Assembly: GCA_964521405.1 (NCBI GenBank)
Contig: CAZFRR010000065.1
Location: forward strand, 357-64,356
DNA: 64,000 nucleotides
DNA from: an uncultured Streptomycetaceae bacterium
GTDB lineage: Bacteria; Pseudomonadota; Gammaproteobacteria; Burkholderiales; SG8-41
Direction of reading: 5' to 3'
Shown here: piece by piece, positions 18,984 to 29,147 of the stretch
Layout: each line of letters starts with the position of its first letter
How positions within the stretch are numbered: the first letter of the stretch is position 1
Notes under the pieces: model-generated
The model's database searches: none
Told to the model about the DNA's origin: nothing
The model's input: the letters and a program-made list of their open reading frames with translations, nothing else
Made by a program: the position numbers and the translations under genes

Positions 18984-19970
18984 TTAATTGCCGTCGCCCT
19001 TGATACCAGCATCGCGAATCAGCTTGCCCCATCTCGCATAGTCGGACTTGATCATGGCATGGAATACATCGGGGTCGCTCGGCTCCGCATCCAGTCCGAG
19101 GTCCTCCAACTGCGTTTGCACCTCGCGCAGGTTGAGGACCGCGACCGTCTCCTTGTGAATGCGGTCGACGATCGCCCTCGGCGTCCTCGCCGGGAACGCA
19201 AGCCCCAGCCAGCCACTCGCCTCGAATCCGGGATAGCCGGATTCACCGATGGTCGGCACCTGCGGCAGCGCCGCCGACCGTTTCGTGCTGCTCACCGCGA
19301 GCGCGTTGAGCTTCCCGGCTCTCACGTGCGGCGTCTGGGTCGAAATCAGGGAGAAAATGCTCTCGACGTGGCCCGCTATGGCATCCACCACTGCCGGTCC
19401 GCCACCCTTGTACGGAACGTGAATCAGCTTGATGGCCGCGGTGTTCCAGAAAAGTTCGGCCGAAAGATGCGCGATGCTGCCCGCCCCCGGCGTGGCGTAG
19501 TTCATCTTGCCCGGCGCTTTTTTCGCCAGCGCCACGAACTGCTTCAGCGAGTTTGCCGGAAGAGACGGATGCGCCGACAGGAGACTCGTCACCAGCGCAG
19601 TCTGCGTGACCGGCGCGAAGTCGTTGATCGGGTCGAACGGCACTTTGCCGAGCATCGCGGGGCTCATCGCAAAAGAGGCCACCGACGCGAGCAGCAGGGT
19701 GTAGCCATCCGGCGCGGCGCGTGCCACCAGCTCGGTGGCGATATTGCCGCCCGCCCCGGCGCGGTTTTCCACGACGACCTGCTGGCCCAACCGGGGGCTG
19801 AGCCGCACCGCCACCGCCCGCGCGACGAGATCGTTGGCGCCTCCCGGGGCGAAACCGACCACCAGCCGGATCGGTTTGGCTGGATACGCATCGGCCGCCT
19901 GCGCTGACGGCAGCGCGCCGAATCCCAGCAGGACACTCGGGAAGAAAACAGCGACGGCTGCGCGTCGCAT
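18984..19970 (-). CDS. Bug/TctC-family tripartite tricarboxylate transporter substrate-binding protein
   Basis: ORF 18984..20108. The ATG at 19970 gives the signal peptide MRRAAVAVFFPSVLLGFGALPSAQA. Family segments PIRLVVGFAPGGAND and HVPYKGGGPAV are present. Confidence 0.88.
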   Translation of the reverse strand: MRRAAVAVFFPSVLLGFGALPSAQAADAYPAKPIRLVVGFAPGGANDLVARAVAVRLSPRLGQQVVVENRAGAGGNIATELVARAAPDGYTLLLASVASFAMSPAMLGKVPFDPINDFAPVTQTALVTSLLSAHPSLPANSLKQFVALAKKAPGKMNYATPGAGSIAHLSAELFWNTAAIKLIHVPYKGGGPAVVDAIAGHVESIFSLISTQTPHVRAGKLNALAVSSTKRSAALPQVPTIGESGYPGFEASGWLGLAFPARTPRAIVDRIHKETVAVLNLREVQTQLEDLGLDAEPSDPDVFHAMIKSDYARWGKLIRDAGIKGDGN

Positions 19971-20119
19971 GGTGCATGTCGGCAAGTGTTTTCTCCTCGA
20001 TATTCTTTCGAACCCGAGGCGACATTCTATAGCAATCACGTTGGATTTTTCCGGGGTACCGGCTACCATGTCGAGGACCACCGAATGTAATGAGCGCTCG
20101 GCAATCAAGGGAGCCCGAA

Positions 20120-20587
20120 ATGTCCGAAGTCACGCTGGAGCAGTCCGAGCGCATCATCGACGCCATCCTGGCGCGAGGGCGCGAGCTGAAATGCCGTCCC
20201 TTGAGCGTCGCCGTCACCGACCCCGGCGCCCACGTGAAAGCCTTCCGGAAGGAAGACGGCTCGGCGATGATGCGGTTCGAAATGGCGATGGGCAAGGCCT
20301 ATGCCGCGCTCGCGCTGGGGCGCTCGTCGAGCCTGGTGCGCGTGCGCAACGAGGAGAAGCCGCGGTTCATGAACTTCCTCATCAACGCCTCGGACGGAAA
20401 AATCTTCCCGGAAGGCGGCGGGCGCCTCATCCGCGACGAGCGCGGCGAGGTGATCGGCGCCGTCGGCGTCACCGGCGACACCGAAACGCGCGACGAGGAA
20501 CTCGCGGCGCACGGCATCCATGCCGCGGGACTCAAAACCGACGAGGACTGCGCGCAGCTGGGGCAACAAGTGCGCCTGAAGAACTGA
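20120..20587 (+). CDS. GlcG/HbpS-like heme-binding protein (DUF336)
   Basis: ORF 20090..20587, with ATG at 20120 (MSEVTLEQSERIIDAIL). The DUF336-typical segment GAVGVTGDTETRDEE is present. Confidence 0.8.
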   Translation: MSEVTLEQSERIIDAILARGRELKCRPLSVAVTDPGAHVKAFRKEDGSAMMRFEMAMGKAYAALALGRSSSLVRVRNEEKPRFMNFLINASDGKIFPEGGGRLIRDERGEVIGAVGVTGDTETRDEELAAHGIHAAGLKTDEDCAQLGQQVRLKN

Positions 20588-20593
20588 GAATAT

Positions 20594-20693
20594 GTGACTC
20601 GTTATTCGTTTCTCGTTCCTGGTGACCCGGCTGAGCCGGAGCTTCACTCGAATCGGCAATTACGAGGAACGAGCGACGAGAAACGAGGGACGG
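20594..20693. repeat. Short-period array hairpin, GTNNCTC / GAGNNAC flavour, abutting the tRNA-Pro 3' end
   Basis: Left arm: GTGACTC GTTATTC GTTTCTC GTTCCTG GTGACCC (20594-20628). Right arm: ACGAGGA ACGAGCG ACGAGAA ACGAGGG ACGG (20662-20693). The core contains the mini-hairpin CCGGC-TGA-GCCGG. Confidence 0.85.
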
Positions 20694-20696
20694 AAT

Positions 20697-20773
20697 TGGT
20701 CGGGGCGGTGAGATTTGAACTCACGACCACCGGCACCCCATGCCGGTACGCTACCAGGCTGCGCTACGCCCCG
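20697..20773 (-). tRNA. tRNA-Pro (anticodon GGG)
   Basis: The reverse complement folds as CGGGGCG-UA-GCGC...GCGU-A-CCGGC-AUGGGGU-GCCGG-UGGUC-GUGAG-UUCAAAU-CUCAC-CGCCCCG-ACCA. CCA is encoded. Confidence 0.93.
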
Positions 20774-20820
20774 AGGCCGCGAATTATATCTTATGTACTA
20801 CTAGGGAGTTTGCGCGGCGT

Positions 20821-21198
20821 TCAGCCGCGCAGGACTTCGATGACGCCCTGGATTTCCTTGCGCACGACGGTGGCGAGGTTGGGGCGGGATGACGAGGACG
20901 AGCGCGCCGACTTGGTGGGTTCGGAGACCAACTCGTCCAGGCGGTTCCGCGCGCCGCTGATGGTGAAACCCTGGTCGTAGAGTAACTCCCGGATGCGGCG
21001 GATCAGCAGTACTTCGTGGTGCTGGTAGTAGCGCCGGTTGCCGCGGCGCTTGACCGGCTTCAACTGGGTGAATTCCTGCTCCCAATAGCGCAGCACGTGC
21101 GGCTTCACGCCGCACAGCTCGCTCACCTCACCGATGGTGAAGTAGCGCTTCGCCGGAATCGGCGGCAGCTGAACCCTGGGGTTATGACTTGCTTCCAT
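20821..21198 (-). CDS. MerR-family transcriptional regulator
   Basis: 125 aa with HTH segment [22 protein letters not shown]. The position downstream of ihfA is typical. It overlaps the ihfA 3' end by 17 nt. Confidence 0.85.
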   Translation of the reverse strand: MEASHNPRVQLPPIPAKRYFTIGEVSELCGVKPHVLRYWEQEFTQLKPVKRRGNRRYYQHHEVLLIRRIRELLYDQGFTISGARNRLDELVSEPTKSARSSSSSRPNLATVVRKEIQGVIEVLRG

Positions 21199-21484
21199 GA
21201 TAGCTCTGCTCCACCATCGCCTTCAGCTTCTGCGAAGCATGGAACGTCACGACGCGGCGCGCCGTGATCGGGATCTCTTCCCCTGTTTTGGGATTCCTGC
21301 CCGGGCGCTGCGGCTTGTCGCGCAACTGGAAATTGCCGAAGCCGGAGAGCTTCACGCCCTTCCCGTTCTCGAGCGCGGTCCTCACTTCTTCGAAGAACGA
21401 TTCGACCATGTCCTTCGCTTCGCGCTTGTTGAACCCGACCTTCTCGAACAGAAGGTCGGCGAGTTCGGCCTTGGTTAACGTCAT
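21182..21484 (-). CDS. ihfA: Integration host factor subunit alpha
   Basis: ORF 21182..21499, with ATG at 21484 ([18 protein letters not shown]). The arm segment is [12 protein letters not shown]. Confidence 0.93.
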   Translation of the reverse strand: MTLTKAELADLLFEKVGFNKREAKDMVESFFEEVRTALENGKGVKLSGFGNFQLRDKPQRPGRNPKTGEEIPITARRVVTFHASQKLKAMVEQSYHGSKS

Positions 21485-21495
21485 GTTTTCCCCTT

Positions 21496-23514
21496 TCAAC
21501 GGAATTTCGCGTTGAATTGATGCTGTAGTGTCCGGCGTAGTTGAGAGATGGCGGATTCGACTTCCGCGTCGGTTAGTGTCTTGCGAGTATCCTGTAATAA
21601 CACCCTGAAAGCAAGACTCTTTTTTCCTTTTTCTACACCCGTACCGCGGTAGATGTCAAACAGCCCTATTTCGGTCACGATCGCGGGCTGCCCCCGGCGC
21701 AGCCCCTCCAGGACCGCCTGATAGCTGACTTCCTCGTCGATTTCGGCGGCGATGTCGCGCCGCACCGGCGGGAATTTCGATGTCTCCTGGAATGCCGGCA
21801 GGCCCCGCTCGCTGATGGCTTCAAAGTCGAGTTCGAACAGGACCGGAACGAGCGGCAAATCATACTTCTGCTGCCAGCGCGGGTGCAATTCCCCGATCCA
21901 TCCCGCCGTCATACCCCCGATCAGGATGCGCGCCGACCTGCCCGGATGCAGGGCCGGATGCTCCGCCGGGCGGAATTCCCCCTCGAGCGGCGCGAGAAAC
22001 GCCTCGATATCGCTCTTGATGTCGTAAAAATCACCGGGCCGGCCCTTCAGACCCCATTGCTCGTGGCGGGCATCGCCGTAGGAGATTCCTCCTACGCGCA
22101 ACGGCTGGTGATAACCGCCCGATGCATTCTTCATGAAGCAGCAGCCGACCTCGAACAGCCGGGCGCGCGCATGCTTGTGGCTGAGGTTGTGTGCCAGGCA
22201 GTTGACCAGCCCGCCGGCCAGCGTCGAGCGCATGACGCTCATCTGGCTTGCAATCGGGTTGGCCAGCGCCACGGGATTCGTGTTGCCTGCAAAATCCGCT
22301 TCCCACGCCGCGTCCACGAAGCTGTAGCTCACGATTTCCTGGTAGTCGCGCGCCACGAGCAGCCTGCGAATGGCGGCAACGTCGCGCTTGCCCTCCGGCA
22401 CCGGCAGCATGCCCGCCAGCGTTACCGGCAGCGAGGCGGGTATCCGGTCGTAACCGTGGATGCGCGCCAGTTCCTCGATCAGGTCTTCTTCGATCGCGAT
22501 GTCGAAACGGTGGCTCGGCGGCGTCACCCGGAATTCCCCCTCGGCCGCGGTGAACTCGAAGCGCAGCCGGCGCAGGATGTCGCTCACCTGGGTGCCGTCG
22601 AGCTTGATGCCGAGCATGCGCTCGACGCGCGCCAGCCGCAGGCGCACCGGGTCGCGCGCCGGCAGCGCCGCGCGCGCTTCCGTGACCGGCCCCGCCGCGC
22701 CCCCGCAGATTTCCAGGACGAGCTGGGTGGCGCGCTCCAGCGCCGCCGCCGTTCCCGCAAAATCGACGCCGCGCTCGAAGCGGTAGGAGGAATCCGACGC
22801 GAAGTTGAGCAGGCGGGCTTTCCCGGCGATCGCCTCGGGGCTGAAGAATGCGCTCTCGAGAAATGCGTCGCGCGTGACTTCACTCACCGAGGTATCCAGC
22901 CCGCCCATGATGCCCGCCAACGCCACGGCCTTGGCTTCGTCGGCGATGACCAGGAAGGCGGGCGTGAGCGGCGGCGCCGCGCCGTTGAGCAGCGTCAGCT
23001 TTTCCCCCGCCTTCGCATGTCGCACTCGGATGCCGCCCTCGAGCTTGCCCGCATCGAAGGCATGGAGCGGCTGGCCAAGCTCGAGCATGACGTAATTGGT
23101 GATGTCGACCAGCGCGCTGATCGGGCGGATGCCACCCCGTGCCAGACGCTGAGCCATCCATTCCGGCGTTGCAGCGGCCGCATTGATCCCTTTCACCAGC
23201 CGCCCGCAGTAGCGCGGGCACGCCTGCGGCGCTTCCAGGGTGACGGTCAGCCGGTCGGCAATCGTGGCGCGCGCCGTCTTGATGTCGGGCAGAAGGAGGG
23301 GCGCGCCTGTCACCGCCGCCACTTCACGGGCGATTCCGACGAGGCTCAGGCAATCTCCGCGATTGGGCGTGGGCTTTAACGTCAGCACCTGATCGTCGAG
23401 ATCGCGCTCGATGTTTTCCACCTCGACCCCGCTCATCGTGACCGCTTCAGCCAGCTCGCGCGTGGCAAGCGGGGGATTGACGAACGTGCGGAGCCAGTTT
23501 TCGGAGAACTTCAT
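21496..23514 (-). CDS. pheT: Phenylalanine--tRNA ligase beta subunit, short form lacking the N-terminal tRNA-binding (OB-fold) domain
   Basis: ORF 21496..23547, with ATG at 23514 ([14 protein letters not shown]). It gives 672 aa and is collinear with recalled E. coli PheT, except that roughly residues 37-150 are missing. Confidence 0.9.
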   Translation of the reverse strand: MKFSENWLRTFVNPPLATRELAEAVTMSGVEVENIERDLDDQVLTLKPTPNRGDCLSLVGIAREVAAVTGAPLLLPDIKTARATIADRLTVTLEAPQACPRYCGRLVKGINAAAATPEWMAQRLARGGIRPISALVDITNYVMLELGQPLHAFDAGKLEGGIRVRHAKAGEKLTLLNGAAPPLTPAFLVIADEAKAVALAGIMGGLDTSVSEVTRDAFLESAFFSPEAIAGKARLLNFASDSSYRFERGVDFAGTAAALERATQLVLEICGGAAGPVTEARAALPARDPVRLRLARVERMLGIKLDGTQVSDILRRLRFEFTAAEGEFRVTPPSHRFDIAIEEDLIEELARIHGYDRIPASLPVTLAGMLPVPEGKRDVAAIRRLLVARDYQEIVSYSFVDAAWEADFAGNTNPVALANPIASQMSVMRSTLAGGLVNCLAHNLSHKHARARLFEVGCCFMKNASGGYHQPLRVGGISYGDARHEQWGLKGRPGDFYDIKSDIEAFLAPLEGEFRPAEHPALHPGRSARILIGGMTAGWIGELHPRWQQKYDLPLVPVLFELDFEAISERGLPAFQETSKFPPVRRDIAAEIDEEVSYQAVLEGLRRGQPAIVTEIGLFDIYRGTGVEKGKKSLAFRVLLQDTRKTLTDAEVESAISQLRRTLQHQFNAKFR

Positions 23515-23522
23515 ATCTAGAT

Positions 23523-23665
23523 AACCGCCATGACGCCAAGACGCCAAGCAATTCCAACGAAACCAATAAAAAACAGATTCATTATTGCGATAGGCATTCC
23601 ACCAGCGCCCTGTCTGGTTGAATTTTGAAATAATTGCTGTTCCTGGCGCCTTGGCGTCATGGCGG

Positions 23666-23667
<2 letters not shown>
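23523..23667. repeat. Hairpin element inside the pheS-pheT spacer (GCCAAG / CTTGGC flavour)
   Basis: Left arm: AACCGCCATGACGCCAAGACGCCAAG (23523-23548). Right arm: CCTGGCGCCTTGGCGTCATGGCGGTT (23642-23667). The outer 18 bp are perfectly complementary. The core is 93 nt and AT-rich. Confidence 0.9.
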
Positions 23668-24755
<1,088 letters not shown>

Positions 24756-24783
24756 CCCAATTTTGGGAAACCGGGATCTGCGA

Positions 24784-24815
24784 GTCCCTGATCCCTGCTC
24801 CTTAATCCTTGCCTG
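24784..24815. repeat. 7-nt array (GTCCCTG ATCCCTG CTCCTTA ATCCTTG CCTG) directly after the rplT stop
   Basis: Read directly. It is partially complementary to the array at 24666-24728 (CAGGGAT versus CTGGGAA-type units). Confidence 0.7.
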
Positions 24816-25175
24816 TCAGGCGCCGAGACTCGCTTTGGCTTTTTCCACGAACTTCAGGAACGCCGGCTTGTCGAGGACGGCGATGTCGGCAAGCACCTTG
24901 CGGTCCACGGCGACTGCCGCCTTCTTCAGGCCGTTCATGAAGCGGCTGTAGCTCATGCCGTGCTCGCGGGCGGCGGCGTTGATGCGCGCGATCCACAGCG
25001 CGCGGAACACCCCCTTGCGGTCGCGGCGGTCGCGGTAGGCGTACTGCCCGGCCCGCATCACTGCTTCGTTGGCGATGCGGAAAACGTTCTTGCGGCGGCC
25101 GCGGAAACCCTTGGCCTTCTGGAGAACCTTCTTGTGGGCGGCGCGGGCGGTGACGCCGCGTTTGACTCGTGGCAT
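24816..25175 (-). CDS. rplT: 50S ribosomal protein L20
   Basis: 119 aa with N-terminus [17 protein letters not shown]. Confidence 0.97.
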   Translation of the reverse strand: MPRVKRGVTARAAHKKVLQKAKGFRGRRKNVFRIANEAVMRAGQYAYRDRRDRKGVFRALWIARINAAAREHGMSYSRFMNGLKKAAVAVDRKVLADIAVLDKPAFLKFVEKAKASLGA

Positions 25176-25189
25176 GGCGGTCTCCCCCC

Positions 25190-25384
25190 TTAGTACGGCA
25201 GCATCACGCCGACGGAACGCCTGTCGGCATCATGAACGCCGGTGCTGCCGCGCAGATGGCGCTTGCGCTTGGAGTTCTTCTTGGTGAGGATGTGGCGCGT
25301 GAAAGCCTTGCCGCGCTTGATGCTGCCTCCGGCGCGCTTACGAAAGCGCTTGGCGGCGCCGCGCTTGGTCTTCAACTTCGGCAT
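25190..25384 (-). CDS. rpmI: 50S ribosomal protein L35
   Basis: 64 aa with N-terminus [14 protein letters not shown]. Confidence 0.97.
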   Translation of the reverse strand: MPKLKTKRGAAKRFRKRAGGSIKRGKAFTRHILTKKNSKRKRHLRGSTGVHDADRRSVGVMLPY

Positions 25385-25462
25385 GACAACTCCTTTTTTA
25401 ACATAGCGCCGGGTGCCTCCGGATGGAGATCTTGAAACCCGGACAACTACTTCTTCTAGAAA

Positions 25463-26098
25463 CTACTTATTCTCGATTTCGGCCGCAACTTCCGCCGCGG
25501 CCATTGGGGCCGCCGCTTTCGCGGGAGCCGCCGCCTTCTTTGGCGCCGCAGGCTTCGCAGCGCTCTTCGCGACAGGTTTCCCGGTTTTCTTCGGGGCCAG
25601 CACCATGATCAGCTGGCGGCCTTCCATCTTCGGATACTGCTCGACCGTGCTGTACGCTTCGAGATCGCCCCTCACCCGCTCGATCAGGCGGTGCCCCAGT
25701 TCCTGGTGGGCCATCTCGCGCCCGCGGTAGCGCAGGGTAATCTTGGCTTTGTCGCCCTCTTCCAGGAAGCGCGTCAGGTTGCGCAGCTTGATCTTGTAAT
25801 CACCCTCGTCGGTGCCGGGACGGAACTTGATCTCCTTGACGATAATCTGCTTCTGCTTCAGCTTCGCCTCGTGGCGCTTCTTGGCCTCACGGTACTTGTA
25901 TTTCCCGTAATCCATGACGCGGCACACCGGCGGCACTGCCGTAGGCGCGATTTCAACGAGGTCGAGCTCGGCCTCTTCGGCCAGCTTGTTGGCTGCAGCG
26001 AGACTCACTACGCCTACCTGCTCGCCGCTGGCGCCTATCAACCGGACTTCTGGTGCATTGATCTCGGTGTTGATCCGCGGTTCTTTTTCCTGTGCGAT
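25463..26098 (-). CDS. infC: Translation initiation factor IF-3 with a non-canonical AUC start and a Lys/Ala/Pro-rich C-terminal tail
   Basis: The ORF track starts at an internal TTG (26041). Extending in frame gives [27 protein letters not shown]. This starts at ATC 26098-26096, 6 nt after AGGGGG and 20 nt after the thrS stop. Confidence 0.85.
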   Translation of the reverse strand: MAQEKEPRINTEINAPEVRLIGASGEQVGVVSLAAANKLAEEAELDLVEIAPTAVPPVCRVMDYGKYKYREAKKRHEAKLKQKQIIVKEIKFRPGTDEGDYKIKLRNLTRFLEEGDKAKITLRYRGREMAHQELGHRLIERVRGDLEAYSTVEQYPKMEGRQLIMVLAPKKTGKPVAKSAAKPAAPKKAAAPAKAAAPMAAAEVAAEIENK

Positions 26099-26118
26099 GT
26101 AGCGCCCCCTGTGTCCCG

Positions 26119-28041
26119 TTAAATTTGCGCCGTGCGTCCCAGCCGGGCTTCCTCGGTTCTGAGCCTGGTGACGAAATCGGCCAGACTCATCTGGCCGAGA
26201 TCCTCGCCCTTGCGGGTGCGCACGGCAACCATTTGCGCCACCTTTTCCTTGTCACCGATGATGACCTGGTAGGGCAGCTTTTGCAGACTATGTTCCCGAA
26301 TTTTATAGGAAATTTTCTCATTCCTCAAGTCGGCCACGGCGCGCAATCCGGCCTGCCTGAGCCCGTCCCTGACGCTCTTGGCGTAGTCCGACTGATGCTC
26401 GGTGATGCTCAGCACCGCCACCTGGACCGGCGCGAGCCACACCGGCATCGCTCCCGCGTAGTGCTCGATCAGGATGCCAATGAAACGCTCGAAGGAACCC
26501 AGGACCGCCCGGTGCAGCATCACCGGCACGTGGCGCGCGTTGTCCTCCCCGACGTATTCGGCCCCGAGGCGGCCCGGCATCGAAAAATCGAGCTGCATGG
26601 TGCCGCACTGCCACACCCGGCCGATGCTGTCCTTCAGCGAGAACTCGATCTTGGGGCCATAGAACGCCCCTTCACCGGGTTGCAGGTCGTATTGCAGGCC
26701 CTTGCGCTCGAGCGCTATTTTCAGCGCCGCTTCGGCCTTGTCCCACTGCTCGTCGGTGCCGACGCGCTTCACCGGACGGGTGGAGAGCTTGACCAGGATC
26801 TCGTCGAAGCCGAAATCGGCGTAGACGCGCTGCAGGAGGTCGATGAAGCGGATCACTTCCGGCTCGACCTGGGCCTCGGTGCAGAAGATATGGGCGTCGT
26901 CCTGGGTAAATCCCCGCACGCGCATCAGCCCGTGCAGGGCGCCCGAGGGCTCGTTGCGGTGGCAGGAGCCGAATTCGGCGAGCCGCAGCGGCAGGTCCCG
27001 GTAACTCTTCAGCCCCTGGTTGAAGATCTGGACGTGCCCCGGGCAGTTCATCGGTTTCACCGCGTAATCGCGCGACTCCGACTCGGTGAAAAACATGTTC
27101 TCGCGAAAGTTGTCCCAGTGCCCCGAGCGCTTCCACAGCGAGACATCGAGCACCTGCGGCGCCCGCACCTCGGCATAGCCGTTCTCGTCGAGGATGCGCC
27201 GCATGTATTGCTCGATGCACTGCCAGATCACCCAGCCCCGGGGATGCCAGAACACCATGCCCGGCGCCTCGTCCTGGGTGTGGAACAGCTCGAGCTGTTT
27301 TCCGAGCTTGCGGTGGTCGCGCTTTTCCGCCTCCTCGAGCCGTCGCAGGTAGGCGTCCTGGCCCTCCTTGCTGCCCCAGGCGGTGCCGTAGATCCGCTGC
27401 AGCATCTCGTTCTTCGAGTCGCCGCGCCAGTACGCGCCCGCCACCCGCATCAGCTTGACCACCTTCAGCTTGCCGGTCGAGGGCACGTGCGGCCCGCGGC
27501 AGAGATCGATGAAATTATTCTGCCGGTAGAGCGAGATCGCCTCGCCGCCCGGGATCGCCGCGATGATCTCGGCCTTGTAATGCTCGCCCTGGTCCCTGAA
27601 GAACTTGACCGCCTCGTCACGCGGCATCACCTGGCGCTCGACCAGGATGTCGCGCTTGGCGATCTCCTGCATGCGCTTCTCGATGGCGGCGAGATCTTCC
27701 GGCGTGAACGCCCGCTTGTAGGAAAAATCGTAGTAGAAGCCGTCCTCGATCACCGGGCCGATGGTGACCTGCGCGTCGGGGAACAATTCCTTTACCGCGT
27801 GCGCCAGCAGGTGCGCCGTGGAGTGCCGCAGGAGCTCCAGCCCCTCCGGAACTTTCTCGGTGATGATGGCGACTTCGGCGTCCGAATCGATGCGATGGGA
27901 CGTATCCACCAGCCTGCCGTTGACCTTGCCGGCTAGCGCGGCGCGCGCGAGACCGGGGCCGATCGCCTGAGCGAGCTCGGCCACGGTCACGGGCTGGTCG
28001 AATTTCCTGACCGACCCGTCGGGTAGACGGATATCCGGCAT
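26119..28041 (-). CDS. thrS: Threonine--tRNA ligase
   Basis: 640 aa with TGS, editing and class II core domains. thrS-infC-rpmI-rplT synteny supports the call. Confidence 0.96.
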   Translation of the reverse strand: MPDIRLPDGSVRKFDQPVTVAELAQAIGPGLARAALAGKVNGRLVDTSHRIDSDAEVAIITEKVPEGLELLRHSTAHLLAHAVKELFPDAQVTIGPVIEDGFYYDFSYKRAFTPEDLAAIEKRMQEIAKRDILVERQVMPRDEAVKFFRDQGEHYKAEIIAAIPGGEAISLYRQNNFIDLCRGPHVPSTGKLKVVKLMRVAGAYWRGDSKNEMLQRIYGTAWGSKEGQDAYLRRLEEAEKRDHRKLGKQLELFHTQDEAPGMVFWHPRGWVIWQCIEQYMRRILDENGYAEVRAPQVLDVSLWKRSGHWDNFRENMFFTESESRDYAVKPMNCPGHVQIFNQGLKSYRDLPLRLAEFGSCHRNEPSGALHGLMRVRGFTQDDAHIFCTEAQVEPEVIRFIDLLQRVYADFGFDEILVKLSTRPVKRVGTDEQWDKAEAALKIALERKGLQYDLQPGEGAFYGPKIEFSLKDSIGRVWQCGTMQLDFSMPGRLGAEYVGEDNARHVPVMLHRAVLGSFERFIGILIEHYAGAMPVWLAPVQVAVLSITEHQSDYAKSVRDGLRQAGLRAVADLRNEKISYKIREHSLQKLPYQVIIGDKEKVAQMVAVRTRKGEDLGQMSLADFVTRLRTEEARLGRTAQI

Positions 28042-28203
28042 AATCCTATGACACCAAAATAAATCCGCGCGTTGAACGGCGAGGCCATGTACGAGAGCCG
28101 CGGCTCCCGTGCCCTAGGCGCCCGTTCGAACGCGCGGAGTTAAACCGGCGCCCAGGTTGGGGGAACCACTGCCCCCGCAAGCTGGGCGTCCGGATTTAAC
28201 AAC
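28042..28203 (-). promoter_or_regulatory. Structured leader between tRNA-Val and thrS (two long stem-loops, the second followed by a U-rich run)
   Basis: Plus-strand 28148-28191 forms a GC-rich hairpin. Segment 28064-28081 pairs with 28119-28138, and on the minus strand this stem is followed by AUUUAUUUU. The SD AGGA lies 4 nt before the ATG. Confidence 0.45.
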
Positions 28204-28280
28204 TGGTAGGCGCGATTGGAATCGAACCAACGACCTCATCCATGTCAAGGATGCGCTCTAGCCAACTGAGCTACGCGCCT
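28204..28280 (-). tRNA. tRNA-Val (anticodon GAC)
   Basis: The reverse complement folds as AGGCGCG-UA-GCUC-AGUUGGCUA-GAGC-G-CAUCC-UUGACAU-GGAUG-AGGUC-GUUGG-UUCGAUU-CCAAU-CGCGCCU-ACCA. CCA is encoded. Confidence 0.93.
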
Positions 28281-28328
28281 GGGAAGCACGGATTGTAGCG
28301 GAACGCCAAGATTGGTTCAAATAAAATC

Positions 28329-29135
28329 ATGGACTTGCACAACAAACCTGCCCCCCGCCCGCGATCGTGGGTGGCGCTGGCGCTCGGCCTCGCGCTCGCG
28401 TCAGCGCTGCACGCGGCAGAGGACATGGTCCCGGTTCCGGGCGGGGCCTTCATCATGGGCAGCGACAGCGGCCCCGCCGATGAGCGTCCCGCGCACCGCG
28501 TAACCCTGCCCGCCTTTTCCATCGACCGGCACCCGGTGACCAACGCCGCGTTCGCCGAATTTCTCAACGCATCGGGCCCGTTCAACGCCGGACGAGAGAG
28601 GCTGTTTGATTTCGACGACCCCGATTCGCGCGTGCATCGCGTGCAAGGCAAGTGGGTCGCCGATGCCGGGTTCGATCAGCACCCGGTCGTCGAAGTGACC
28701 TGGGCCGGCGCGCGCGACTATTGCGCCTGGCGCGGCAAGCGGTTGCCGACCGAAGCCGAATGGGAAAAAGCGGCGCGCGGCACCGATGGCCGCCGCTATC
28801 CCTGGGGCAATTCACTCCCCGACCGGACGCGCGCGCAGTTCTCGGCGCGCTTCAACGAAACCGCTCTGGTCCACGCATTTCCGCTGGGCGCGAGCCCGTT
28901 CGGCGCGCAGGACATGGCGGGCAACGCCTGGGAATGGGTTGCCAGCGCCTATCGTCCCTACCCCTACGAGGCGAAAGACGGCCGGGAGGATTCGATTGCG
29001 GGGCCGGTGCGCGGCACGCGCGGCGGCGGGCACGACTCGCCGGCGGACGAACTCACGACGACGCAGCGCGGACGCAATCTGTCGCGCAACCCCGCTTCGG
29101 GGCACCATAATATCGGCTTCCGCTGCGCGAATTAA
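28329..29135 (+). CDS. Formylglycine-generating-enzyme (SUMF1/FGE) family protein, secreted
   Basis: 268 aa with a signal-peptide-like N-terminus. Segments HRVTLPAFSIDRHPVTN, GNAWEWVAS and RGGGHDS are present. Confidence 0.85.
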   Translation: MDLHNKPAPRPRSWVALALGLALASALHAAEDMVPVPGGAFIMGSDSGPADERPAHRVTLPAFSIDRHPVTNAAFAEFLNASGPFNAGRERLFDFDDPDSRVHRVQGKWVADAGFDQHPVVEVTWAGARDYCAWRGKRLPTEAEWEKAARGTDGRRYPWGNSLPDRTRAQFSARFNETALVHAFPLGASPFGAQDMAGNAWEWVASAYRPYPYEAKDGREDSIAGPVRGTRGGGHDSPADELTTTQRGRNLSRNPASGHHNIGFRCAN

Positions 29136-29147
29136 GGAGACTTCCCG

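Noticed and set aside
20783-20788. TATAAT (minus strand) 9 nt upstream of the tRNA-Pro 5' end, and a similar TATAAT at 40281-40286 upstream of prfB, considered as promoters.
   Set aside because: The -10 matches are perfect, but I found no acceptable -35 at 16-18-nt spacing. They are kept only as comments, not as features.
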